A stretch of DNA of 58,283 nucleotides from Nitrospinota bacterium (GTDB taxonomy: Bacteria; UBA8248), in the NCBI GenBank assembly GCA_030754595.1, contig JASLZZ010000050.1, positions 1 through 58,283 of the forward strand. Reading direction: 5' to 3'. Under the pieces are notes generated by a model. The model made no database searches, was not told where the DNA came from, and saw nothing but the letters and a program-made list of their open reading frames with translations. The position numbers and the translations under genes were made by a program. Positions 22,222-31,081 of this stretch are shown here, piece after piece (the stretch's first letter is position 1; every line of letters starts with the position of its first letter).

Positions 22222-22385
22222 TCAATCCTTCGCCGGTATCCTCCGAATTCCGATCAATTGGCTCAACAGGCCCAGCCCGAGGAAAAGAATTCCAAGGCCG
22301 TCCGTTTGAATTCCGGGGAAAATGAGGAGCAGGCCGCCCGAGACGAAGGCGAGGGTTTCGTGGATTTTGGTCTCGCGCAATAATT
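22222..22385 (-). pseudogene. C-terminal remnant of a TRAP 4TM/12TM fused permease
   Basis: LLRETKIHETLAFVSGGLLLIFPGIQTDGLGILFLGLGLLSQ resembles the last two helices of the intact TRAP permease at 38598-40565; no upstream gene body. Confidence 0.5.
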
Positions 22386-22549
22386 CCCTCTCCTTCGGCC
22401 TGGCACCGTTTGGAGCCCCTCCCCCACCCTCTCCTCGCGGCCTGGAGGGCAGCCATTCCAGGATTCGCCCGAGAGCCTTTTCTGGTAGAACTGGCTCGTC
22501 AAAGAGTTGCTTGAAGAACGCCGGTTGAACCGGAAGCGAGGCGAGAAAA

Positions 22550-23392
22550 GTGAAGATCGGGGATGTCGAGCAGGCGATCAAGGGCCGTTATGGCAAGTTC
22601 GCCGAGAAAGGTGGTCACAAAGAGGCCTGCTGACCCAGTAAGCGAGGGTCCAGTCTGGGCTTTGCGATCGGCCAGGCGCTTTACGGGCGGGACGAGCTCG
22701 CCTCGCTGCCGGAGCTCGCGCTCAATCTCTCCCGCGGTTGCGGCAACCCGACTGGTTTCGCGGGCCTTGCTCCAGGCGACGTGGTTGTGGATTTCGGTTG
22801 CGGAGGGGGGATAGATGTCATCTTGGCCGCCCAGAAGACCGGCTCGAAAGGCAGGGTCGTCGGAATCGATTTCACATATCAGATGATCGAGCGCGCCAGA
22901 CAGGCCGTGGCCGAGGCGGGCTTGGAGGACAGGGACATCGACCTGCGCGTGGCGTCGATGGAGGAGTCGCGGCTTCTGGATAAGTCGGCCGATGTCGTCA
23001 TGTCCAACTGTGTCGTCAACCTGTGTCCCGACAAGGAGGCCGTTTACAAGGAGGCCTTTCGCATCCTGAGAGCGGGTGGACGCCTTGCCGTATCGGACAT
23101 CATACTCACGGAGAACATTGGTGCCGAGGTGCGAGAGCGCTTTCAGTCAACCTGGACGGGATGCTTTGGAGGGGCTGTCCTCGAGGCGGATTATTGGCGA
23201 ACCGTGAGGAAGGCGGGCTTTGCCGAGGTCCGGGTTGTGGCGCGCCATATCCTCGCCCCCGAGGAGTTGGGGGGAATGGCCCGTTGTCCCGGCGAGGAGT
23301 ACAACCCTGCCCCCGCGAAAGAGGACCTCGCCCGCGCGCAAGGGAAAGCGGCCAGCATCAAGTTCACGGCGGTGAAGCCTTCTTCCGGGTGA
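22550..23392 (+). CDS. Arsenite methyltransferase (ArsM)-like SAM methyltransferase, probable selenoprotein (TGA at 22631-22633 = U28)
   Basis: GTG start at 22550 reads IKGRYGKFAEKGGHKEAC-U-PSK... and continues in frame through SRGCGNP, DFGCGGGID, SNCVVNL and WTGCFGGA (ArsM Cys motifs). Confidence 0.85.
22642..22665 (+). promoter_or_regulatory. Candidate SECIS hairpin for the ArsM-like gene
   Basis: GCGAGGGTCCA-GTC-TGGGCTTTGC, a GU-rich stem with a GUC loop 20 nt after the UGA. Confidence 0.5.
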
Positions 23393-23785
23393 ATTTCACA
23401 GAGGTATGTAAAAAACGAAATTCAAAAAACAAGAATCCTGCCCTTCGATAATTTCATTCATTCTCGCCGGCCCGGTTCTTCATGCGGTAGTGGCGCCGGG
23501 TGTGGAGCGAGACGGCTCCGGGATGGGGCCGCTCAGCGGCGGGTGGAGGCCGTGCTCCCTCACCCCAGCCCTCTCCCGGCGTGAGAGGTTTTTTTTCCCG
23601 GGGTCCGGCGAGCGGCGGAAAGTGGAAAGGGCTGTAGCCCTACACCACGGCAAACGCCTCCAAAAGGCGGGAAAGTTCGCGTGAAAGCGGATCTTTGGCA
23701 GACCCGGCGGAAGGTGGATCGAAATTTTCGCCCTGGGCCCTCGCGGTGGGCGCCGGCGGAATATTCCTACTGAGGAGGAGGCGGC

Positions 23786-24538
23786 ATGGAACTCGGCGGC
23801 AAGGTCGCGCTCATCACGGGCGGGGCGCAGGGCATCGGGGCGGCGTCGGCGCGGCTCTTCGCGAAGGAAGGGGCCGCCGTGGCGGTGGCCGATCTCGATG
23901 CGGAGCGTCTCGGCGCCCTCGAGCGGGAAATCGGGGCGGCCGGGGGCCGGATGATGGGCGTCCGGGCGGACTGCGGGAAGGCGGGCGACATCGAGCGGAT
24001 GATCGACGAGGTGGCGGCGGCCTTCGGCGGGCTCGATATCCTCGTCGCGGGGGCGATCTTCCGGCCGACGAAGCCGCTGATGGAGGTGACCGAGGCCGAC
24101 CTCGACCGGGCCCTCGAAGTGAACGTCAAGGGGTATTTCCTGAGCGTCCAGCGGGCGGTGCCCGAGTTCAAGAAACGCGGCGGGGGCAAGGTGGTCCTCA
24201 TATCGAGCACCTTCGGTTTCGCCGGGGCCCCGAATTTCTCGGTTTACTGCACCTGCAAGGGCGCGGTGGTGAACATGGCGCGGGCGCTGACCTACGAGCT
24301 GGCGGGCGAGGGCATCAACGTAAATGCGGTGGCGCCGGGCCCCATCATGACGGAGGGGATGCGGGAACTCATCGCCGCCGACCCCGCCATCGAGAGCCAC
24401 CGGACGGCGTGCATGCCGCTTCCCCGGTTCGGAACCCCGGAGGAGGTGGCCGAGGCGATCCTCTTCCTCGCCTCCGGGCGCTCGGACTACGTCCACGGGC
24501 ACAATCTCGTTGTGGACGGAGGATATCTGGCGGTCTGA
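23786..24538 (+). CDS. Short-chain dehydrogenase/reductase
   Basis: TGGAQGIG, YCTCK (YxxxK), NAVAPG and VDGG motifs; strong RBS. Confidence 0.93.
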   Translation: MELGGKVALITGGAQGIGAASARLFAKEGAAVAVADLDAERLGALEREIGAAGGRMMGVRADCGKAGDIERMIDEVAAAFGGLDILVAGAIFRPTKPLMEVTEADLDRALEVNVKGYFLSVQRAVPEFKKRGGGKVVLISSTFGFAGAPNFSVYCTCKGAVVNMARALTYELAGEGINVNAVAPGPIMTEGMRELIAADPAIESHRTACMPLPRFGTPEEVAEAILFLASGRSDYVHGHNLVVDGGYLAV

Positions 24539-24663
24539 GGGCTGCGGCCGGCGGCCCCCGCTCCCCCCCTCGATCTCTCCTCTCTATTCGCTTATATTGT
24601 TCGGATAGATTTCGCATTTCGAAGGGAGACTTATCCCGATTCTTTTCCTGGGGGATTTTAGTG

Positions 24664-24939
24664 ATGACAAAAGCACGGAATATTCTTCTGGTACCCCTCC
24701 TGGCTGTTTTCGCAGCGGGTTGCGCGGAGTCCCTGACCACATGGTCGAAGCCGGGGGCGAACATGGGCCAGGCGACGGCTGTGCTGAAGGAGTGCTCCGA
24801 AACGGCCGGGATGCTATACGACGAAAAGGGCCTGGGGGACAAACCCCTTGCCCAGGTATCGCATACCAGCTACTCGATTTGGGCTGGAGACCCCTTCGAG
24901 ACTTGCATGGCGGGCAAGGGGTTTAAGAAGAACAATTAG
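24664..24939 (+). CDS. Small lipoprotein, unknown function
   Basis: Lipobox LAVFAAGC, WSKPG, and two further Cys (ECS, TCMAGKGF). Confidence 0.7.
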   Translation: MTKARNILLVPLLAVFAAGCAESLTTWSKPGANMGQATAVLKECSETAGMLYDEKGLGDKPLAQVSHTSYSIWAGDPFETCMAGKGFKKNN

Positions 24940-24971
24940 ACAGGGCCGCCTACCGCCCGGCGGGCGGGCCT

Positions 24972-25255
24972 TTCGCCTCACCGATATCGCCGGCCGGTAC
25001 GGAGGCGAGGAGTTTTGCGTCATCTTGCCCGAGTCGGATATCTCCTCGGCACGGCGCATCGCCCAGAGAATCCACACGAATATCGCCGAAAATTCCTTCG
25101 CCAGCCCCGGCGGAGGGGAGTTCCGCGTCACGTGCAGCATCGGCGTCGCCGAGTACATCCGGAAATCGGAGGATACCCAAGCTCTTCTCGAGCGCGCCGA
25201 CCGGGCCCTCTACCAGGCCAAAGAAGATGGGCGGAACCGCATCAGCTTCTCCTGA
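24972..25255 (+). pseudogene. C-terminal fragment of a GGDEF diguanylate cyclase
   Basis: RLTDIAGRYGGEEF...VTCSIGVA...ADRALYQAKEDGRN; the N-terminal half of the domain and a start codon are absent. Confidence 0.75.
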
Positions 25256-25271
25256 AGCGCACCCCTGAGAC

Positions 25272-26111
25272 CTACAGGAGCAACTCAGTTTTCGAGGCGC
25301 ACCTGAATCCGAAGTAACGGTGGCCGCCGTCGAGGCGGCCAGGATAGACTGGCACCCTCGAGGTCGAGCTCAACTCCTCGCCCACGCTCGAGGTGTTCCC
25401 TCCGCGGGAGACGCGGGCGTCGTGAAAATCGAGGTTCTCGCGCCCGTCCTTGGGAAGATAGGGATAGGGCCTGTAGAGCGAGCGCGTCCACTCCCACACC
25501 TGACCCACCATGTCGAGCGCTCCGTAGGGGCTCGCTCCCCTGGGATACTGGCCGACCGGTGCGGCGTCGTTCCTGAAGCTGCCGAAGAAGGCGAGGTCTT
25601 TCGCGGGTTTTTGGTTCCCCCAGGGATAGAGGCGTCCGTCGGTTCCGCGCGCCGCCTTCTCCCACTCGGCCTCGCTCGGAAGGCGCTTTCCGCGCCACTT
25701 GCAGTAGGCCACCGCACCCTGCCATGCCATTTCGCCAGCCGGAAAATTATCGAATTCCTTCGGAACGATCCACTTTCCGTCCAACAGGAGGATGCGGTTG
25801 TCCTCGTCTCCGACGTCGAGATAGACCTCGCCCTTGGGGCCAGCGGGGCCCTTGGCGCGGATAAACTCGGCGTACCGGGCCCAGGTGACGAGATTCTTGT
25901 CGATATAGAAGGCGGGCAAATGAACGGTGTGGCCCGGCTTCTCATCGGGCGGCCCTCCGCTTCGCCCCATGGTGAACGGTCCGGCCGGGATGAGGACCAT
26001 ACCGGCGAATTTCCCCTTACCCTCGACGATGGCCGCGCCGGCCAACGGGGCGGTGGCTTGAAACGCCCACGCCGCGAGAAGGGAGGCGGCGATGATTCGT
26101 GCCATTCTCAC
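25272..26111 (-). CDS. FGE-sulfatase (SUMF1/EgtB/PvdO) domain secreted protein
   Basis: Signal peptide, MVLIPAGPFTMG, RLPSEAEWEKAARG, MVGQVWEW and GFRCA motifs. Confidence 0.9.
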   Translation of the reverse strand: MRMARIIAASLLAAWAFQATAPLAGAAIVEGKGKFAGMVLIPAGPFTMGRSGGPPDEKPGHTVHLPAFYIDKNLVTWARYAEFIRAKGPAGPKGEVYLDVGDEDNRILLLDGKWIVPKEFDNFPAGEMAWQGAVAYCKWRGKRLPSEAEWEKAARGTDGRLYPWGNQKPAKDLAFFGSFRNDAAPVGQYPRGASPYGALDMVGQVWEWTRSLYRPYPYLPKDGRENLDFHDARVSRGGNTSSVGEELSSTSRVPVYPGRLDGGHRYFGFRCASKTELLL

Positions 26112-26115
26112 CTCC

Positions 26116-26568
26116 TCAGTCCACCTTCACCGATCCGCCCAGCTTGCGCCGATAGTCCCACCACTTCCATCTGGCCGGAAAGACGGTGATGCGGACGCGA
26201 ATCTTTCGGGCGACGGGGCCGTCCTTATAGTTCGCCCACATGTCGGGGCCAAAGAACTGGTCAATAACGCTCCTGAGCCCTTCGTGGTCCGTTCCCATCT
26301 CCCCGGAAACCTCGGCTGCACCCTCGACGATCACCGCGCGGAAGGGAAACTCATCGTCGTCGATGCAGAGGGAGACGGCGGGGTTATGCTTCAGATTCTT
26401 CACCGTGACCGAATCCGAGCCCGTACTGATGAAAAAAGTCCCCGCGCCCGAGTCGAACTTGTAGCAAAGGGGAACGGAATGGGGCAAACCGCCAGCGCTG
26501 ACGGTCGATATCCGGGCCATCCTCGGCTCATTCAGGAACTCGTCCATCTCCCTCGGTCGCTCGGCCAT
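26116..26568 (-). CDS. Pyridoxamine 5'-phosphate oxidase-family (split-barrel, F420/FMN-binding) protein
   Basis: ARISTV..G.PHSVP, KNLKHNPAVSLCID, WKWWDY; RBS before ATG 26568. Confidence 0.85.
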   Translation of the reverse strand: MAERPREMDEFLNEPRMARISTVSAGGLPHSVPLCYKFDSGAGTFFISTGSDSVTVKNLKHNPAVSLCIDDDEFPFRAVIVEGAAEVSGEMGTDHEGLRSVIDQFFGPDMWANYKDGPVARKIRVRITVFPARWKWWDYRRKLGGSVKVD

Positions 26569-26698
26569 GAAACGTCCTCCTCTGGTTGCCCCCCCCCGTG
26601 GATTTTCCCGAAAATCCACGGCGCGGCGGGTCTGAATGTCGTTCTCTTTAGTGTATCATTAAAAGAGACTGCCAGAACCGATTTCAAAGGAAACGCTG

Positions 26699-27730
26699 AT
26701 GGATGAATCCCCCGATCCTTTCGAGTATTTTTTCGGCCTCCCCTGGTCGGACGGCCTTCCCGTCGTCACCCCGACCCCGGATCGGATCGCGTGGATGTTG
26801 GGTGGAACGGTCCGCTCGCCGGAGGAGTTGATCGGGCCCGTCCCCCCGGCCTTCAACGAGGCCACCGTCGAGACGGTCGCCCAGCACGCCCTCATGGCGG
26901 GCTGCTGCCCGGATTACTTGCCCACCCTCCTTGGGGTGGTCGAGGCCGTCCTTACCGAGGAGTTCAACATGAACGGTCTTCAGGGGACGATGGGCCCCGG
27001 CGGCCCCATGATCATCCTGAACGGCCCCTACGCCAAGAAGATCGGCGTCCAAGCGGGCTCGGGTTGTTTTGGGCCCGGCTTCCGGGCGAACGCCACCATC
27101 GGCCGCGCCCTGCGCCTCATCCTGATGAACCTGGGGGGCGGCCTCCCCGGCGTCTCGGACATGAGCTGTTTCGGCAGCCCGGTGAAATTCACCTTCTGCG
27201 TCCGGGAGAACGAGGAGATGAACCCTTGGCCCTCTCTCGCCGCCGACCTGGGCTTCGATGCGGGCGAGGATGTCGTTACCGTCTATCCGGCCGAGGGGCC
27301 CCGCCAAGCGTTCGACGACTCGAGCGCCGAGCCGGAGGGCCTCCTCACCACCATCTCGACGGTGATGAGCTCGATGGGGATGTCCAACTCCTATATGCGC
27401 CAGCACATGGTCGTCGCCCTGAGCCCGGACCATGCCGCCCTTCTCGAGGGCGCCGGCCTCTCGCGCGGCGATGTGAAGCGGATTTTATTCGAGAAGGCGC
27501 GCCTCCCGCTGGGGCTGATGAAGCGGGGCGGCCGCTTCCGCGGGGCAGCCAGTGCGGAATGGCCCGGCTGGGTGGATTTGAATGACGATGAGAGCATGGT
27601 CCCGATGATTCACGATCCGGACGACATCCTACTCATCGTTGCGGGCGGCAGCCCCGGGCCCAATACCATGGTGATCCCCGGCTGGAACAACTCCAGCCAC
27701 ACGACGAGCATCCGCTACCGGACGGACTGA
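26699..27730 (+). CDS. Conserved uncharacterised protein (WSDGLPVVTPT family)
   Basis: 343 aa ORF with WSDGLPVVTPT, ALMAGC.P.YLP, NGP, GPGFRANATIGRALRL and ENEE.NPW motifs. Confidence 0.75.
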   Translation: MDESPDPFEYFFGLPWSDGLPVVTPTPDRIAWMLGGTVRSPEELIGPVPPAFNEATVETVAQHALMAGCCPDYLPTLLGVVEAVLTEEFNMNGLQGTMGPGGPMIILNGPYAKKIGVQAGSGCFGPGFRANATIGRALRLILMNLGGGLPGVSDMSCFGSPVKFTFCVRENEEMNPWPSLAADLGFDAGEDVVTVYPAEGPRQAFDDSSAEPEGLLTTISTVMSSMGMSNSYMRQHMVVALSPDHAALLEGAGLSRGDVKRILFEKARLPLGLMKRGGRFRGAASAEWPGWVDLNDDESMVPMIHDPDDILLIVAGGSPGPNTMVIPGWNNSSHTTSIRYRTD

Positions 27731-27750
27731 TTTTTTAAAGGCGATTACCG

Positions 27751-28098
27751 ATGGCTGACGAGAGGAACGATTTTCCGGCCTGCGAGTTCACTCAAAAGGG
27801 ATTCCTCGGGGAGCGGCGGTGCCCGCATACCGGCGAATTCAAGGAGCTTGGCGGCCGACGCCTCTGCAACTTTCACTGGGACTCCGAGGAGGCCGGCGAA
27901 AGGCGCACCAAGCTCGGGCTCTTCCAGCCCCGGTTCGCCGAGCTCGTCTTTCGCTTCAGATAGGACCCCGAGAAACCGGGCGTGGATTTGAGCGGCCTCC
28001 GCCTCGACTGCCGGGGATTCGTTTTTCCGGAGGGCTTCGCCTACCTGAGCGGGCGGGCGATCCCTCCGGCGGATTTTCACTACGCGCGATTCGGCCGC
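27751..28098 (+). pseudogene. Truncated gene (Cys/His N-terminus, pentapeptide-like start) with internal TAG at 27961
   Basis: ORFs 27751..27963 and 27982.. share a frame: C..C..LCNFH, then DCRGFVFP...ADFHYARF, which breaks off against the convergent OsmC-like remnant. Confidence 0.45.
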
Positions 28099-28506
28099 GG
28101 CGAATCGCTGTCGACGGTGAAATGGGTCCTCATCGCGGTGGCCCCGGAGCGGATATCCCCCGCAGGACCGAACCCTTCACGAACCAGTCGAAAACAACCC
28201 GGCACTTCGCTTTTGAGAACGAAATAATCATCATGTGCGCGTACCGCGCGAGCTGGGTCAGCAGTCAGAAACCCACCCCCATGGCGATATAGGTGAGCGA
28301 CTGCGGGTAGCGATCCTCCCCCCTCCCCGAGACGGGGGGGGCTCGTCGCAGTAGACCTCATGAATCCGGGCGCGTCCGCCCTTGAGTTGGTGCTAGCCCT
28401 CGATGGTTTCGGTGACGGCCTCCATCGTCAGGGCGTAGCCGCCCGGAGGAAGGTCCGTCCGCTCCAGATTGCTCTTCTCATCCCAGGGATTAATGGGCTT
28501 TTCCAC
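28080..28506 (-). pseudogene. Degraded OsmC-like selenoprotein gene (TGA at 28267-28265)
   Basis: AGGAGG RBS and GTG at 28506. Reconstructed reading YCDEPPRLG.EDRYPQSLTYIAMGVGF-U-LLTQLARYAHMM...CRV...GSVLRG.IRSG...THFTVDSDSP needs a TAG at 28395, frameshifts in G/C runs and has lost its C-terminus. Confidence 0.72.
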
Positions 28507-28560
28507 GCAACGATCCTCCTCAGGCAGCTTCGGCTAAATACGATGAGTGGGTGAAATGGC

Positions 28561-30915
28561 TTAAGGCTGTGATAAGTCCGGCGCTGTCACCGCTGTCGCA
28601 TCCTCGGCCGCCGGGGCGCTGGCCGGCTCCCGGAACACCGTAATCTCGGGCGGCTCATCCACATAGCGCTCGATATCGACCAAAACGCTTTGGGCGGCGG
28701 GGCCCTGCCCGAGTTTCGATGTCCCCTTGTCCAGGGTGAGTGCGTTGGGGTTGCCGTGCCTGTCAAGGCCGCCCTGGGTGAGCGGGTCGTACCAGGCGCC
28801 CGTCGCCAACTGAATAACGCCTGGGCGAATCCGATCGGTGATGATAGCTCCGGCCAGCGCCGCCCCCCGGTCGTTGAAAATCCGGACGATATCGCCCTCC
28901 AAAATTCCCCGCCGGGCGGCGTCCGCCGGATGGATTCTAACCGGTTCCCTGCCACGTATCTTGCTCTCGCGGCTCACCCCGGCGGGGTCCATTTGGCTGT
29001 GAAGACGGGTGACGGGCTGATTCGAGATCATGTGCAGCGGATGACGCGCCGCCCCCTCGCCGCCAAGCCACTCGGCCGGGTCGAGCCAGGCGGGGTGGCC
29101 CGGACAGTCGTCGTATCCGAAACCATCGATGGTCTGGGAGAAAATTTCGATCTTCCCGGAGGGTGTGCTCAGCGCCCGGCCGGCCGGGTCGGCCCGAAAG
29201 TCGGCGAGCATGACATAGGGCTCATCTGGGGGAGGGATCTCCACATGACCTTTCTCCCAAAAGTCATTGAAATCAGGGTAGTTAACCAGCCGCTCCGCCG
29301 CCTGCTCGCGGGCTGTGTCGTAGAGGTGGCGGATCCACTCCATCTCGCCGCGCCCCCCGGTAAAGGTTTCCCGTGTGCCGAGGCGCTCGGCGAGGTCCGC
29401 GAATATGTCGAAATCGTTTCGCGCCTCGCCGACGGGCTCGATGGATTTCTTCATCGCCAGGATAAAGCGGTCCATTGCGCTCGCGCCGAGGTCGTTGCGC
29501 TCGACCGTGGTGGTCGCCGGGAGAACGATGTCGGCGTGCCGGGCGGTGGAGGTCCACCAGGGCTCGTGGACGATGACGGTCTCGGGCTTTTGCCAGGCGC
29601 GCACGAGACGGTTGAGGTCCTGGTGGTGGTGGAACGGGTTCCCCCCGCACCAGTAGACGAGGCGGATGTCGGGATAAATCCGCTTCTCCCCGTCGAAGTG
29701 GTACGCCGCTCCGGGAGAGAGGAGCATATCGGCGATCCGCGCCACCGGGATAAAGCTGTCCAGTGGATTATCCCCGGGGGACAGGGCGGGCGTGGGGATC
29801 CGCTTCCGGGGGTTCCCGTTGCCGGCCATGGAACCGTATCCAAAACCGAAGCCCCCGCCTGGAAGGCCGATCTGGCCGAGCATGGCGGCGAGTGTGGCCG
29901 TCATCCAGAAGGGTTGTTCGCCGTGGTCACCCCGCTGAAGCGACCAGGCCGTCAGGATCATCGTGCGCCCCGCGGCCATCCTCCGGGCCAGCTCCCGTAT
30001 CTTAACGACCTCAATTTCGGTGACCCCGGCCGCCCAGGCGGCGTCTTTTGGACGTCCGTCCGAGCGGCCCATCAGGTAGTCCTCGAATTTCGCATACCCC
30101 TCGCAATAACGGCCGAGAAAGCCCTGGTCGTGGAGGCCTTCGGTCACCAGCGTATGGGCGAGCCCGAGCATGAGAGCGGTGTCGGTGTTCGGCCGGGGGC
30201 GGAGCCACTCGGCGGCGAGGAAATCGGAAGCGTCGTCCCGAAGGGGGGCGATGTTGACGAACTCGATCCCTTTTTCCTTCGCCCGGCGCAGCCACACCTC
30301 GGCCGTGTGCTCGCCGGGGCCGCCTCCGGCGACCTGCATGTTCTTGAGGGGAATCCCGCCGAACATGACGATGAGGCTTGAACTCTCGACGAGACCGTCC
30401 CAGGTCGAGCCGCCGTTGATGTGGCCCGATTTTCCCAAGACATGGGGCAGGATGGCCGAGCCTGCGGCGTGGCTGTAAGTGTGTTTTTGGTTGGTGAAGC
30501 CGCCTATGGTGTTCATGAACCGATGGAGCTGGGTCTTGGCGTGATGGAATCGCCCGGCGCTCGCCCAGCCGTAGGAGCCGGCGAAGATAGCTTCGTTGCC
30601 GTGCGCCTCCTTGACGCGGCGGACCTCGGCGGCGACGAGATCGAGGGCCTTTTCCCACGATACGGGGACGAAAGGCTCCGCGCCCCGCCGCCCCTCGCCG
30701 GGACCCTTCTCCAGCCAACCCGCGCGGATCATCGGGCGGCTCACCCGGCTCTCGGCATAAACCGCCTCGGGGATCGAGTCCAGGATCGGCGAGGGGTGAG
30801 GGTCCTTCTCGAAGGGCTCGACGGCCTCGAGGCGGCCGCCGCGCACCTCGGCCCGGAATGCCCCCCAATGGGAGTTGTGGTGATGAAATTCCCGGGATTT
30901 GGATATTGGGGCCAA
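28561..30915 (-). CDS. Molybdopterin oxidoreductase, BisC/TorA/DMSO-reductase family (cytoplasmic)
   Basis: SHWGAF, GSYGWASAGRFHHA, TYS Mo-ligand Ser, QRGDHGEQ, GGNPFHHHQD, RLHSQ and GAWYDP motifs; no Tat signal. Confidence 0.93.
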   Translation of the reverse strand: MAPISKSREFHHHNSHWGAFRAEVRGGRLEAVEPFEKDPHPSPILDSIPEAVYAESRVSRPMIRAGWLEKGPGEGRRGAEPFVPVSWEKALDLVAAEVRRVKEAHGNEAIFAGSYGWASAGRFHHAKTQLHRFMNTIGGFTNQKHTYSHAAGSAILPHVLGKSGHINGGSTWDGLVESSSLIVMFGGIPLKNMQVAGGGPGEHTAEVWLRRAKEKGIEFVNIAPLRDDASDFLAAEWLRPRPNTDTALMLGLAHTLVTEGLHDQGFLGRYCEGYAKFEDYLMGRSDGRPKDAAWAAGVTEIEVVKIRELARRMAAGRTMILTAWSLQRGDHGEQPFWMTATLAAMLGQIGLPGGGFGFGYGSMAGNGNPRKRIPTPALSPGDNPLDSFIPVARIADMLLSPGAAYHFDGEKRIYPDIRLVYWCGGNPFHHHQDLNRLVRAWQKPETVIVHEPWWTSTARHADIVLPATTTVERNDLGASAMDRFILAMKKSIEPVGEARNDFDIFADLAERLGTRETFTGGRGEMEWIRHLYDTAREQAAERLVNYPDFNDFWEKGHVEIPPPDEPYVMLADFRADPAGRALSTPSGKIEIFSQTIDGFGYDDCPGHPAWLDPAEWLGGEGAARHPLHMISNQPVTRLHSQMDPAGVSRESKIRGREPVRIHPADAARRGILEGDIVRIFNDRGAALAGAIITDRIRPGVIQLATGAWYDPLTQGGLDRHGNPNALTLDKGTSKLGQGPAAQSVLVDIERYVDEPPEITVFREPASAPAAEDATAVTAPDLSQP

Positions 30916-31081
30916 ACCTTTCTCCTATCTCCGCCGAACGGCTGTGGGCCGCGAGATCTTCCGGTGTCAACACCGGGGACCAGCTGCGTCAAAAAAGTCC
31001 GGTGGATTATATCATCATCGCCGGCGTCGCTCACCAACCTCACCGGCGCCGTGCGTGCTTAATCGCCCACACCTTGCTTGC

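Noticed and set aside
23557..23589. CCCTCACCCCAGCCCTCTCCC REP-like element
   Set aside because: Resembles a common GC-rich intergenic repeat but is a single degenerate copy here, so family membership cannot be supported.
27961..27963. In-frame TAG as pyrrolysine (also TAG at 28395 and 45589)
   Set aside because: All lie in genes with other lesions, none is a methylamine methyltransferase, and no pyl genes are visible; nonsense mutation is simpler.
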